DNA of 64,000 nt from assembly GCA_963662265.2 (NCBI GenBank), contig CAXXHA010000035.1:64001-128000 (forward strand), read 5' to 3'. Source of the DNA: Spirochaetia bacterium (GTDB lineage Bacteria; Spirochaetota; Spirochaetia; CADAEX01). This document shows positions 10,232 through 21,300 of this stretch, in pieces. The stretch's first letter is position 1. Every line of letters starts with the position of its first letter. The notes beneath the pieces were generated by a model. That model made no database searches. It was not told the DNA's origin and saw nothing but the letters and a program-made list of their open reading frames with translations. The position numbers and the translations under genes are program-made.

Positions 10232-12925
10232 ATGAAATTAAGAAACCTGGCATTTTTTTTCCTGCTGTGCCTGTCATTACAGCTTCTTGAAGCGCAGGAT
10301 ATGGATGTTAAGGCGTTAGCAGAAAAAGATCTTTTTAGAGGCGATGTTCCTTCAAAAGAAATAAAGGCTGAGCGGAATAAAATGTGGGAAGATGTGTCTA
10401 TATCGCTTTTAGTTAAGGAGATAGAAGCAGAGGCAGATGCAGCCGGCCTTGAATCTTTCAGTCTGAATATTTCAGACAATGCTATTAATATAATTTACCG
10501 TGATATCCGCTTTCTTCCGGATTCTGCAGAGGTTACTCCTGAGACTATGAATAAGATCAATAAGCTGACAGAAATACTGAAGCGGTTCTCTAATATGGCT
10601 CTGCTCGTTCAAGGTCATACAGCAAAACTTTCACCGGAAGATACAGATGACGGGTTGGAATTGTCAAAAGAAAGGGCCTGTTCTGTTGCTGGAATAATTA
10701 TAAAAACAGGAATTTTCAAGTCTGAACAAATAGAAGCTGTTGGCAGGGGGTTTTATGAACCTGTAGCAGATAATGAGACTCAGGAAGGAAGAGCGTTAAA
10801 CCGCCGTGTTGAGATTTCTATAGTAGGCTCTGTTGATCAGAACACCGGCTCTGAGATGGCTTTCTGGAACGTTCTAAGCTCATCAATGAGTCCTGGCTTT
10901 ATTGCCTATTTTGTTTGCAATAATGATATTGAAGCTGTAAAAGCAAGGCTTGAAGAAGAGGGACTCTCTGATTTTGTATTTGCTGAAACTTCGGCAGGGG
11001 TTGGTATTATAGATAATACAATTTCCTATATGGATAATGGTGCGCCTGATTCCGGCAGTATGGAAAGAATGCAGCGGATTGGCAGTCTCCTTCCTCTGAT
11101 AAATTATAATGCTGAAGTCAGAATCGGAGGATATGGATCTGAGTTGCCAATTGAAGAGATTGAAAAGCTTCACTTTCTAACAGCTTATACCCTGGGTGCT
11201 ATTATCGGCTTTAAGCCGGAGAACATAATATACAGCGCTGCCCCGTATATCCTTACTAAAGCAACAGCAGAGCTGAGTAGCGGTAAAGTCACTGCAGCAG
11301 ACGGTTCTCCAATAGAGCTGGAAGATGGTGAGACTTCCTTTTGTGCAACTGTTCCATACTCTGTGGATTCACTGCTGATTGATCTGACTACAGCGGATCC
11401 GCTTGCAGAGATTACTGGACTTGCTGAAGATGCAGTTCCCATTGTTCCCGGAAATAACGGGATTTCAGTTACTGTAGAGTCAAGAGCAGGAGAGCAGAGG
11501 ATTTCTCAAACCTACAGCTTGACAGTATTTCGGCAAAAGGCAGAACTTCAGTCATTATCGATAACATCTGAAGACAACCCAATCGCAATAAATCCGGAAT
11601 TTTCCTCTGAAATAAAAACATACCAGACAGAGGTCCCGTATGTGGTTACTGATGTTGAAGTAGTTCCTTCAATATTGCCGGAAGATGAAGATGCCGGTGC
11701 TGTTGTAAGTATTGATAGAAACTATACAGAAGGGCTGACCCCGGGTAAAAATACTATAACACTTACCCTGTCAGACGGATCCCCCATAGATGATAAATAC
11801 ACAATCGATGTTGTCCGTCAGGGACCGGCTTCAACAATGCTTGATGAAATTTCTGTTATAGAAACAAATGGAGAGTTCCTTGAGCTTTATCCTTCATTCA
11901 GTCCTGATATAACTGAATACAGGGTTTCAGTTCCTTACTCTGTCAGCTCTGTCTCTGTCAATTCATTACCGGCAGATGAAGCAGCGCAGATAGACAAAGA
12001 GACCTCGGAAGTTCAGCTGTCAGTGGGATATAACGAGTTTACAACCGTATTAAGAGACCAGCTCGGCAAAAATCCTACAGAATATAAATTATTAATTGAG
12101 CGGTCATCCCCGCTTCTTTCTGTTTTGGAAATAAAGCCGGAAGAAAATAATGAAGAAATTCTTCTGGTTCCGGAATTCAGTCCAGAGACTACTGCCTATT
12201 CGGTTACTGTCCCGTATAAAACAAATAAGCTTCAGTTATTTGCGGCGCTTATCGATGAGGACGTTGCGGCCGGAGCATCAGTAGAGATTGTTTCAGAAAC
12301 CGAAGGAGAGCTTCCTGTAGGAACAACCGGGACAATAATCCGCATTACCTATGATGAGGGAAAAACTTCTGATTACACTGTTGATATTACCCGGGAAGAG
12401 AAAGATGAGTTTACTTTCGATATCTTTGGAATCAGTCTCAAACCAGGATGGTATGTTACCCCGGCTGCCGCATTCTATACAGAAGGTATCGGCTTTACTC
12501 TTAATGGGGGTATGACTGTAATAATTACCGAAGATTCAGATGTTAAGGAATATTTAAAACCGTTAAGAATCGGACTTGGCGCTCACTTTCATGAAGGAAC
12601 AGGAAATTATCTGACAATACTCTCCGGGGGAGGCTTTTTAAGCATGGAATATATTTTCCCGACAGAAAAAATTCTGCCCGATCAGTGGTATTTCCCGAAA
12701 GCAATTATACCAAGACTGGAAACCGGAATTGCATATTACGGAATAGATTATACAGAAGGGATCTACCATGAAGGAGCCGCCTTCTATCTCGCGCCAGCAG
12801 TAAGGACAGATTTCATTTTCCCGGCTATGCCTGAAACATTGTTCGGCCTGGATATTTCCTACACTTCCTATATAAGTTCCATACCGGTTCACTATGTCAG
12901 CATTGGTGCTTCGGTTTCCTGGTAA
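10232..12925 (+). CDS. OmpA-domain protein with ~3 cadherin-like beta-sandwich repeats and a probable C-terminal beta-barrel
   Basis: signal peptide; VQGHTA...LSKERA...GRG...NRRVEI; repeated P.FSP...Y.V.VPY; amphipathic strands ending GASVSW. Confidence 0.8.
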   Translation: MKLRNLAFFFLLCLSLQLLEAQDMDVKALAEKDLFRGDVPSKEIKAERNKMWEDVSISLLVKEIEAEADAAGLESFSLNISDNAINIIYRDIRFLPDSAEVTPETMNKINKLTEILKRFSNMALLVQGHTAKLSPEDTDDGLELSKERACSVAGIIIKTGIFKSEQIEAVGRGFYEPVADNETQEGRALNRRVEISIVGSVDQNTGSEMAFWNVLSSSMSPGFIAYFVCNNDIEAVKARLEEEGLSDFVFAETSAGVGIIDNTISYMDNGAPDSGSMERMQRIGSLLPLINYNAEVRIGGYGSELPIEEIEKLHFLTAYTLGAIIGFKPENIIYSAAPYILTKATAELSSGKVTAADGSPIELEDGETSFCATVPYSVDSLLIDLTTADPLAEITGLAEDAVPIVPGNNGISVTVESRAGEQRISQTYSLTVFRQKAELQSLSITSEDNPIAINPEFSSEIKTYQTEVPYVVTDVEVVPSILPEDEDAGAVVSIDRNYTEGLTPGKNTITLTLSDGSPIDDKYTIDVVRQGPASTMLDEISVIETNGEFLELYPSFSPDITEYRVSVPYSVSSVSVNSLPADEAAQIDKETSEVQLSVGYNEFTTVLRDQLGKNPTEYKLLIERSSPLLSVLEIKPEENNEEILLVPEFSPETTAYSVTVPYKTNKLQLFAALIDEDVAAGASVEIVSETEGELPVGTTGTIIRITYDEGKTSDYTVDITREEKDEFTFDIFGISLKPGWYVTPAAAFYTEGIGFTLNGGMTVIITEDSDVKEYLKPLRIGLGAHFHEGTGNYLTILSGGGFLSMEYIFPTEKILPDQWYFPKAIIPRLETGIAYYGIDYTEGIYHEGAAFYLAPAVRTDFIFPAMPETLFGLDISYTSYISSIPVHYVSIGASVSW

Positions 12926-12942
12926 AAAGAAGGAGTATTTAT

Positions 12943-15243
12943 ATGAAAGAAAATATATTTAAAACAAATCTTATTAACATATTGATTATTATCTGCCTTT
13001 GTTTTTCCGGCTGTACAGATATGAGTATAATGAGCGAAGAAGCAAAAACAGAATTCAATGAGTCCTCGGTTTCTGCAGACTCTAAGAATCTCACAGAATC
13101 CAGCATAACCTTTGCCTCCGGAGACACATCATCCTCTGTTACATCAGCTTTTTTGCTGCCGATAAGTGGTGAAGAAGGGAGCTCAATAATATGGAGTTCA
13201 TCAAATACTGAAATAATAACAATTGCTGATGATGGAAGTACAACAGTTACCCGGCCTTCAGGCTCCAATGCCACAGTTACACTGACTGCAACTATTACCA
13301 AGGGTTCAGTCAAATCCACAAAAACATTTACTGTCACTGTTCTTGCAGCTGATGTTGCATATCACACTATAACCTTTAATGCCAGCGGAGGAAGCGGAAG
13401 CATGGGCAGCCAGACTGTTGCAGAAGGTGTAACAGCCAGCCTCAATGCCAATGCCTTTACATATACAGGTCATACCTTCAGCGGATGGGCTACTTCAGCC
13501 GGAGGAAGCGTGGCATATGCAGACGGGGGAAGCTACACCATGGGCAGCTCTGATGTAACTCTGTATGCAGTCTGGACAGCACTTCCGCCTGCTTCTCACG
13601 CTATAACCTTTAACGCCAACGGAGGAAGCGGAAGCATGGGCAGCCAGAGTGTTGCAGAAGGTGCAACCGCCAGCCTCAATGCCAATGCCTATACATATAC
13701 AGGACATACCTTCAGCGGATGGGCTACTACAGCAGGCGGCCTGGTTGCTTATACAGACGGGGCTGACTACACAATGGGCTCCTCTGACGTAACTCTTTAT
13801 GCTGTGTGGGCTGCTGTCCCCCCTTCTTCTCATACCATAACCTTCAATGCAAACGGAGGAAGCGGAAGCATGAGCACCCAAACCATACATGAGGGAGCAT
13901 CTGTAAACCTCAATGCCAATAGTTTTACATATGCCGGCCATGCCTTCAGCGGATGGGCCGAAACTCCAGGCGGTTCAGTTGCTTATACAGACGGGGGAAG
14001 CTATACTATGGGAGTTTCAGATGTAATTCTTTATGCAGTCTGGATAGCCAATACCCACACTATAACCTTCAACGCCAACGGAGGAAGCGGAAGCATGAGC
14101 ACCCAAACCATACATGAGGGAGCATCTGTAAACCTCAATGCCAATAGTTTTACATATGCCGGCCATACCTTCAGCGGATGGGCCACAACAGCGGGAGGTA
14201 CAGTTGCCTATGCAGACGGTGCCGACTACACCATGGGCAGCTCCGACGTAACACTATACGCGGTATGGCGCCTCAATATATCAATCAGCTCAATAACACC
14301 TGACGGTGAAACATCAGTTTCATCTGATACTGACATTGTAATAGTATTTTCAGATAGTCTTGATGGAAAAACAAAAGGAGCAATAAGCTTCGCATCTCCG
14401 GCTGTCACCTTTACAGATGGGGTTAATGCTTCAATTACTTTCAGCTCCACAAATAAAATAAATGATACTATTAGGATAAACCCGACAGGAAATCTTCAGC
14501 AAACAAACTACACTTCTATCACTGTTTCCGGTTTCAGGGACAGCTACTCATCGGATGTAACTTGCTCTGACTCTGCTTATTACTTCCCCGTAAGAGGCGC
14601 AATGGATCTTTACTTCCCCTTTACAAATGGTTCACTGACAGATGCAAGCGGAAGGGGCGTTACATTAGTACCATCCGGAGGTCCAGCATTAACAGCAGGA
14701 CATGATGGAAGCGCTAACGGCGCCTACCGCTTTGACGGGACAAATGACTACATGCAGGTTAATGGGGATCTGGGCATAGACTGTGATGCTGATTTCACCA
14801 TAAGCGCATGGATTTATCTTACCTCTATCGCAAATTACAGAGCCATCGTTTCAAATTACCATACAACTGGAGCAAACGGCTTAATGTTCAGGGTTAACTC
14901 CAATTGGGCCGGTCACACGAATGCTTTGGACCTATCGGAAGGATATTCTTCTAATGGTGTATTAAGTACAGGCAGATGGCTCCATGTTGTTGCCGTATAC
15001 ACGGAAGCAACCTCAAAAGTACAATTTTATGTAAATGGAGCTGCTGCCGGTTATACTTCAACCGGTTACAATATCGGGGATCCATTGCTAAAGGATTCAA
15101 GAAATAAATTCGCAATTGGTGCTGATTACCTTATTGGCGGCGCAAGATATTTCCCCGGAACAATAGATGAAGTGAGGTTTTACAAATACGCCTTGACAGC
15201 AGGCGAGGTTGCCAATCTTTACAATCACAATGATATCTATTGA
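12943..15243 (+). CDS. surface lipoprotein with Ig-like, 4 InlB B-type repeats, Ig-like and LamG-like domains
   Basis: lipobox FSGC; 4x TITFNANGGSGSM...GHTFSGW...LYAVW; FTISAWI, WLHVVAVY, IDEVRFY. Confidence 0.85.
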   Translation: MKENIFKTNLINILIIICLCFSGCTDMSIMSEEAKTEFNESSVSADSKNLTESSITFASGDTSSSVTSAFLLPISGEEGSSIIWSSSNTEIITIADDGSTTVTRPSGSNATVTLTATITKGSVKSTKTFTVTVLAADVAYHTITFNASGGSGSMGSQTVAEGVTASLNANAFTYTGHTFSGWATSAGGSVAYADGGSYTMGSSDVTLYAVWTALPPASHAITFNANGGSGSMGSQSVAEGATASLNANAYTYTGHTFSGWATTAGGLVAYTDGADYTMGSSDVTLYAVWAAVPPSSHTITFNANGGSGSMSTQTIHEGASVNLNANSFTYAGHAFSGWAETPGGSVAYTDGGSYTMGVSDVILYAVWIANTHTITFNANGGSGSMSTQTIHEGASVNLNANSFTYAGHTFSGWATTAGGTVAYADGADYTMGSSDVTLYAVWRLNISISSITPDGETSVSSDTDIVIVFSDSLDGKTKGAISFASPAVTFTDGVNASITFSSTNKINDTIRINPTGNLQQTNYTSITVSGFRDSYSSDVTCSDSAYYFPVRGAMDLYFPFTNGSLTDASGRGVTLVPSGGPALTAGHDGSANGAYRFDGTNDYMQVNGDLGIDCDADFTISAWIYLTSIANYRAIVSNYHTTGANGLMFRVNSNWAGHTNALDLSEGYSSNGVLSTGRWLHVVAVYTEATSKVQFYVNGAAAGYTSTGYNIGDPLLKDSRNKFAIGADYLIGGARYFPGTIDEVRFYKYALTAGEVANLYNHNDIY
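13363..14268 (+). repeat. four intragenic tandem repeats of 225-234 bp
   Basis: units start at 13363, 13597, 13831, 14056. Confidence 0.9.
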
Positions 15244-15252
15244 CGAAAAAAC

Positions 15253-15290
15253 ATCTAAACGGAAGGGGAATTTGCCCCTTCCGTTTAGAT
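15253..15290. terminator. 16-bp perfect inverted repeat after the lipoprotein gene
   Basis: atctaaacggaagggg-aatttg-ccccttccgtttagat. Confidence 0.75.
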
Positions 15291-15343
15291 TTAACATAGC
15301 AATTAACTGGCAGATTAGTTGATTCTGCACTATACTTCTGGAG

Positions 15344-16015
15344 ATGAAAATGACAAGAGTCTTTCTGGTCGACGACCATAAAATACTGCTTCCGGGAATT
15401 AAAATAATAATAGAATCTCTTCCTGACTTTTCAGTTGTTGGAGAAGCCTACGACGGGCTTAGTGCTGTAAAGAAAATAACAGAGCTTGAGCCTGATATCT
15501 GTGTTGTTGACCTCTCTATTCCCCTTCTTAACGGATTCGGTGTTGCCCAGAAGCTTCAGGAAGGTCACATTGATTCAAAGATAATTCTCTTAACATCCTT
15601 TGTGGACGACTCTTTAGTATCCAGGGCGCTTCAATTCAGGATTGCCGGTTATGTGCTTAAAGAAAACAATACAGAGGAGCTTAAAAGAGCTCTTTTGGAG
15701 GTCCGTGACGGTAACCGCTACTTCTGCCCCAGTGTTATGACAAAAATGATTAATAAAATGGAGAAGCTTGAATCAGGCGGGGATGAAGAACATCAGACTG
15801 CAATTGTAAACTCCCTCTCTCCACGGGAACAGGACGTTCTAATGCTGGTGGCAAACGGGCTTACCGGCAAGGAGATCTGCTGTAAACTGAATATCTCGGA
15901 ATCAACCCTTAAAAAACACAAGACAAGTCTTCTTAAAAAGATGGATGTAAAAACAACCAATGAACTTATAGCGCTTGTTAACAAGGATGAACGATTTGCA
16001 AGGCTTCTCACATGA
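15344..16015 (+). CDS. NarL/LuxR family response regulator
   Basis: LVDDH, VVDLSIP, GYVLK, LSPREQDVL...HTH. Confidence 0.92.
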   Translation: MKMTRVFLVDDHKILLPGIKIIIESLPDFSVVGEAYDGLSAVKKITELEPDICVVDLSIPLLNGFGVAQKLQEGHIDSKIILLTSFVDDSLVSRALQFRIAGYVLKENNTEELKRALLEVRDGNRYFCPSVMTKMINKMEKLESGGDEEHQTAIVNSLSPREQDVLMLVANGLTGKEICCKLNISESTLKKHKTSLLKKMDVKTTNELIALVNKDERFARLLT

Positions 16016-17966
16016 AAATTTCAATAAACTCTTTTTAGCGGCTGCTTTGCTTCTTATGCTGGCCGGGAATGCTGCTGCAGAAGCAAGTATACAAAAAGAG
16101 CCGGACTGGAACGGAGAAGAGATTATAGGGATCTCAGGCAACTGGAATTTCTACTGGAACACCATGTTAACTTCAATGGATGACATCCCTGATGGTGTAA
16201 AAGCATATACAATTCCCTTTATCGGTTCATGGCATACCAACACAAAAGGAGAAGAACAGCTGCCCCGGCACGGCTGCGGAACCTATCAGAAACGTATTAT
16301 GCTGCCGCCGGAAACAGGAAGTCGTGTAATATTACGGATCCCTCAGTTAGATACCGCGCTAAGGATATTCTGCAACGGAGTAGAGATATTCTCTAACGGT
16401 ACAGTGGGATGCAGCGCAGAGACAACAAAACCAGTCAGCTACAAACCGGTTCTGAGAGAAATTTCATCTGCAACCGGTATATACGATATATCAATCCAGG
16501 CTGCAAACTTCGACCTTGATTCATTCGGCTACTATATGGTTCCTGTTATTGCATCTGCTGATAAGGCATTCAAAGTACAGTTTATTGCTTTTATGTCCAA
16601 TGCGCTGATTGTGACGGCGCTTTTCATTTTATCGTTATATCTTCTTGTTACCGGTATAAAAATGGAAAATAACCGATGGTGTTTATATCTCTGTTTTTTG
16701 TATCTTGCAAACGTATTGTACCTGTTGGTAAATGGAGAGGTTTTTCTGGGGCAGATAGGGCTTTCAAGACTATATATATGGAAATTCCATTATCTTTCCC
16801 GGTTTTTAACCTCATTCTTCTTTTTCTGTTTTACAACCGAGTTCTTTCATGTCAGGATTCCGTCAAAATTAAATCTTGCTAAAAATATTTTCGCGGTACT
16901 GCTTTTATCTGTTTTCCTGCTGGCAGACCTGCCTCTGCTGCAGCGTTTTTTTCTATTATCACAAGTCATAGCCTATGGAGTAATAATCTACGGTATTGTA
17001 GTTTCATTAAAAGGGATTATCGAAAAATATCCATACGCGAGGGTGTTCTTTATATCAATTATTATTGTTGCTGTTTTTATGAGTTTTGATCTGATAAACA
17101 TTCCAACATCATGGCCAATACTTTTTAACTGTAAAACCTCCATCGGTTTAATATTTTTCGGTTTAATACATTTATTTCTTCTGATAGATATGATGAAGAA
17201 TCATTTGAATACAATTGAAGAACTTGTTGAAAGAAGAACAAGGGCGCTTGAGGTTTCTCTATGGGCCCAGGCCAGGCATGCAAGAGTTGGAGAGATGCTT
17301 AATTTCATTGCACATCAATGGCAGCAATACCTGTATGCAATTTCAATCAATGTAGAGGGACTTAAGCAGGAGAAGGATAGAAGCTTTCCTGAAGAAAAGA
17401 GATACGAAATCTACGGAACTATATCTGAAGCTGTAAAAAGTATGTTCTCTACACTGAAGGATTTCAGAAATTTTTTAAGTCCGGTTCAGGAACGTGAACG
17501 TTTCAATGCAGCAGATGAGTGCAAAAAGGTTTTCTCGCTGATGGAAGATCTTTTCCTGACAAATGGGATAGAAGTATCTATCGAAACCAGCGGTGACACA
17601 AGGATTTGGGGGATAAAAAATGAACTTCAGCAGGTGGTGCTTAACCTTTTGACAAACGCTGTCAACATAATCATGAAGCGCTCTATAGTTTCCCCTTATA
17701 TTCGTTTTGTTCTGGAGGGTGATTCTGATCTTGTAACTATAAGCGTAGAAGACAACGGCGGTGGTATTTCGGACAGTCTTCGTGAGGAACTGTTTGAGCG
17801 TGAAAAAACAGAAATAACTGATGGAAGCGGTATGGGGTTATATATGTCAAGAAGGATAATACGGGAACGGTTCCATGGAGAATTATCCTGTAAAGAAGGC
17901 CTGGCAGGAGCCATCTTTGTGATCACCATCCCCAGGGATTACAGGAGAAGCAAAAGGCAGAAATAA
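15987..17966 (+). CDS. membrane sensor histidine kinase (extracellular domain + ~7 TM + HATPase)
   Basis: ISGNWNFYWN, 7 hydrophobic segments, IAHQWQQ H-box, NLLTNA, EDNGGGI, GSGMGLY; start 15987 or 15975. Confidence 0.88.
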   Translation: MNDLQGFSHENFNKLFLAAALLLMLAGNAAAEASIQKEPDWNGEEIIGISGNWNFYWNTMLTSMDDIPDGVKAYTIPFIGSWHTNTKGEEQLPRHGCGTYQKRIMLPPETGSRVILRIPQLDTALRIFCNGVEIFSNGTVGCSAETTKPVSYKPVLREISSATGIYDISIQAANFDLDSFGYYMVPVIASADKAFKVQFIAFMSNALIVTALFILSLYLLVTGIKMENNRWCLYLCFLYLANVLYLLVNGEVFLGQIGLSRLYIWKFHYLSRFLTSFFFFCFTTEFFHVRIPSKLNLAKNIFAVLLLSVFLLADLPLLQRFFLLSQVIAYGVIIYGIVVSLKGIIEKYPYARVFFISIIIVAVFMSFDLINIPTSWPILFNCKTSIGLIFFGLIHLFLLIDMMKNHLNTIEELVERRTRALEVSLWAQARHARVGEMLNFIAHQWQQYLYAISINVEGLKQEKDRSFPEEKRYEIYGTISEAVKSMFSTLKDFRNFLSPVQERERFNAADECKKVFSLMEDLFLTNGIEVSIETSGDTRIWGIKNELQQVVLNLLTNAVNIIMKRSIVSPYIRFVLEGDSDLVTISVEDNGGGISDSLREELFEREKTEITDGSGMGLYMSRRIIRERFHGELSCKEGLAGAIFVITIPRDYRRSKRQK

Positions 17967-18126
17967 AAGTCACTGCTTATGGTTTTTCAATTTTATCTCC
18001 TTTCCACTAATCCCGGCAGCATGACAGAACTCAGGAATCTTCCTGATTAGCTCATAGGCACTCCTGTAAATCCTGTAAAGAAAAATGATAAAAATATTTC
18101 AATTTCAAAGATAAAAGATTTCGCTG

Positions 18127-18158
18127 AAAAAGCTGAATATCAGACAATAATATATTCA
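18127..18158 (+). repeat. 32-bp direct repeat copy 2 (attR-like)
   Basis: aaaaagctgaatatcagacaataatatattca; encodes the same KKLNIRQ* with TAA instead of TGA. Confidence 0.85.
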
Positions 18159-18376
18159 GCATTAGTCTTTCTGATTTTTATCATTATTCTGTAAAGATTG
18201 AAATAAATTCATAGATAGTCTGTTTTCTTCTATTATAGTGAAATATATACATTTCATACAAACTGCAATTATATTGACAACATTTACTGATTTCTGTTTA
18301 TTCCTAAACCCTGTCGGCAGAGCATTTCCGGTTACAGAAATGCTCTGAAACAGTGACAAAAAACGGGGTAATAAAA

Positions 18377-21300
18377 ATGTCAGATGTTAAAACTCTTACA
18401 CTTCTAAAGGTGGATGCCAGGATCGGTATAATAAACAGAGGCGAACCAGCATGCCGGTTTATCAGATCTGTAAAGGAATACAATAATCTTAACAACTTCA
18501 GCCTGAAGAGTATTGCTTTCTACATCAGCAAGGAGGAGGATTCATTATTTGTAAGAAATTCTGATGAGTCATTTCTTCTTGAGAATGATTCAGGCAGTCT
18601 TCTAACAGGAGCGGGGCATTATCTTGATCATGATCTGCTTATAAAAGCGCTTAAAAAAGCTGAATGTGATGCGGTCTGGGTTGGCTGGGGCTTTGTCTCG
18701 GAAGATTCGGTTTTCGCGGAAAAAATCGAAGAAGAGGGACTTGTTTTCCTGGGTCCTTCAAGCAGATCTATGCAGCTGCTCGGGGATAAAATTACTGCGA
18801 AGGAGCTTGCTGAAAAAAGTGATGTGCCTGTACTTCCATGGAGCAGAAAACCTGTATCATCACTTGAAGAGGCGGAAGAGATTGCTGATAAGATAGGCTA
18901 CCCTGTAATTATAAAAGCTTCAAACGCGGGAGGGGGCAGGGGGATCCGGGTTGTTGAAAACCGCGATCAGCTCGCCTCCCAGTACAAATCTGCTCTTGAT
19001 GAAACTATCCGGATAACAGGAAACGATATACTTTTTATTGAATGCTTTGTTGAAAAGGGGCGGCACCTTGAAGTTCAGGTAATAGCTGATTTTCACGGCA
19101 ATATCAATACTCTCGGGGTCAGGGACTGTTCTGTGCAGAGGAATAACCAGAAGATTATCGAGGAAACTCCCCCCCCTCTTTTATCAGAAGATATTATTTC
19201 GGAAATGGAAAAAGCATCCTGCAGGCTCATGGAGATTTCAGAGTATGCGGGAGCAGGTACGGTTGAGTATCTGTATGATCTTGACAGGGAACAGTTTTAC
19301 TTCATGGAAGTCAATACAAGGCTCCAGGTTGAACATCCGATAACTGAAATCCTTTACGGTTTCGACCTTGTCAAAGGGCAGATCGATGTGGCAATGGGTA
19401 AGAAGGTTGTTGTCGGAAAGGAGAAATCCGCAGGTGCTGTTATCGAGGTGAGACTTAATGCTGAAGATCCATATTCCGGTTTTACGCCGGCTCCGGGAGA
19501 TGTTCTTCTTTTTGTTCCCCCTGCGGGTCCCGGTATCAGGGTAGATTCGGGAATTGACCAGAGCAGCAGTATTCCTTCTGATTTTGATTCCATGGTTGCC
19601 AAGATAATTGCCTATGGAAAGGACAGGAAAGAAGCTCTTGCAAGAATCAAGCGTGCAGTGGAAGAGCTCAGGGTTAAAATTAAAAACGGAACTACAAACA
19701 GGTCTTTTGTCATTGATCTTCTGAATAATGAACAGATTATTAAAGGGGGAATCCACACAGGCTTTGTAAAGGAATTCATAGAAGAGGACTCGGTAAGCAG
19801 GAGTTTCTCGGAAGAGGAAGCTGCCCTTCTTGCGTCTGCCGCTGAGATTTATCTTCGTAACCAGAAGAATGATATAGAAAATTTTAAAAACCAGATAACA
19901 GGCTCCGGGACTCCCAGGTCTGTATCCTCTGCGACAGGGGAAAAAATTGACCTTTCGTATAAAGGCTGCAGCTATGAATTTTTTGTAAAATACTCAGGGA
20001 ACAGCTATTATCATATAAACTACCTTGGTGATAATCTCGTTTTCAGGTACAGGACAAGGGGGGAAGAGTCTGTAATAGAGGTAGGCAATGAAAGGTACAA
20101 CATGATAGTGACTGACAGGGGGGATACCTTCCTCTGTGATATTAACAGCCTTTCAATATCTGTTTCCTATCAGGCAGGAGGGGTCCTGAAGTCCCGTTCT
20201 CCCGCTATTGTCCTTTCCGTGAATACAGAAACAGGCAATACTGTTGAAAAAGGAGATCCTGTTGTTGTTCTTGAAGCAATGAAGATGGAGATGGTTGTAT
20301 CTGCACATGTCTCCGGTTCTGTGAGCAGTATCTATGTCTCTGAAGGGGAACAGATTTCAGCCGGGCAGCCGCTTCTGAGTATTGAAGAAAAGTCAGATGA
20401 TGAAGCATCAGAAGGAGGTCCTGCTGTTCATTTCACTTCAGTGATAAATGAAATCGGGATGAGAGGCAGGTGGGCAGAGAGGGAGCTTTCAGCTTTTTTC
20501 CTGGGATATGATAATGAAAGGGATCCGTCTGATGTCTGGAATGATTTTATAAATCTTTCATATGATGATCAGGAAATGAAAAAAGTTCTCCCTTATACAG
20601 TTCTCAACCTTCTTGATTTCTATATCAGGATTGAAAAGCTTTTTTCATCCGGAGAGGTTAAGTCGGAACTTCTGTCGCGAAATGTAACATATCCAGAGCT
20701 GCTCAGCCATTATTTCAGGATAAATTCAGAAAAAAAGAAAAGCCTCCCGGAAGAATTTCTTGATGATATTGAGAAAGTATCAGAATGTTATGCTTTAAAT
20801 AAATCAGACAATTCCCAGTCTGATTCGGATTTCAGTTTTTTCAATATCTTCAAGTCTCATAAAAACAGAAGAAAGAAGGATCAGATACTCAAACTGCTTC
20901 TTTCCGATATAGACAGGATAGCTTTCAGCGAAAATGAATTGAAAAAGCTATCTGTCCTGCTTGACCGTCTTATTAACCTGTTTCCTTCATCCCCTGTCTG
21001 TGAATATGCTGTAAGCGCAAGATACAATGTTTTTGACAGGCACAGACTCGATTCTGTACTGGAGGAGAGCAGGAGAAAGCTTGAGTCAATCATTGAAAAA
21101 GGCTCAGCCTCATACAGTGTAGCTGAACAGGACCAGGAATTTGTCATAGACAGCGGAAGCTACATATTACCCGAACTTGTCAGCCTGTCCCTGTCAGAGA
21201 ACCGCGGTAAACGGGAGCAGGGTTACAGGCTTGCAGGTCTCCGTTTCAACAGGGACAGGGCAGTTGCCGGAAGCAGGTTTTCCGTTGAAGGAAATACAGA

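Larger units (their letters stand above)
9901..18158. mobile_element. putative 8.2-kb integrated island without its own integrase
   Basis: flanked by 32-bp direct repeats duplicating a gene 3' end; accessory surface-protein and two-component cargo. Confidence 0.6.

Noticed and set aside
12943-15243. DGR target protein
   Set aside because: No reverse transcriptase and no template/variable repeat pair with adenine-specific differences
17990-18070. Integrase remnant at the island's right end (minus strand aggag...ATG AGC TAA)
   Set aside because: Too short, immediate stop, no recombinase motifs
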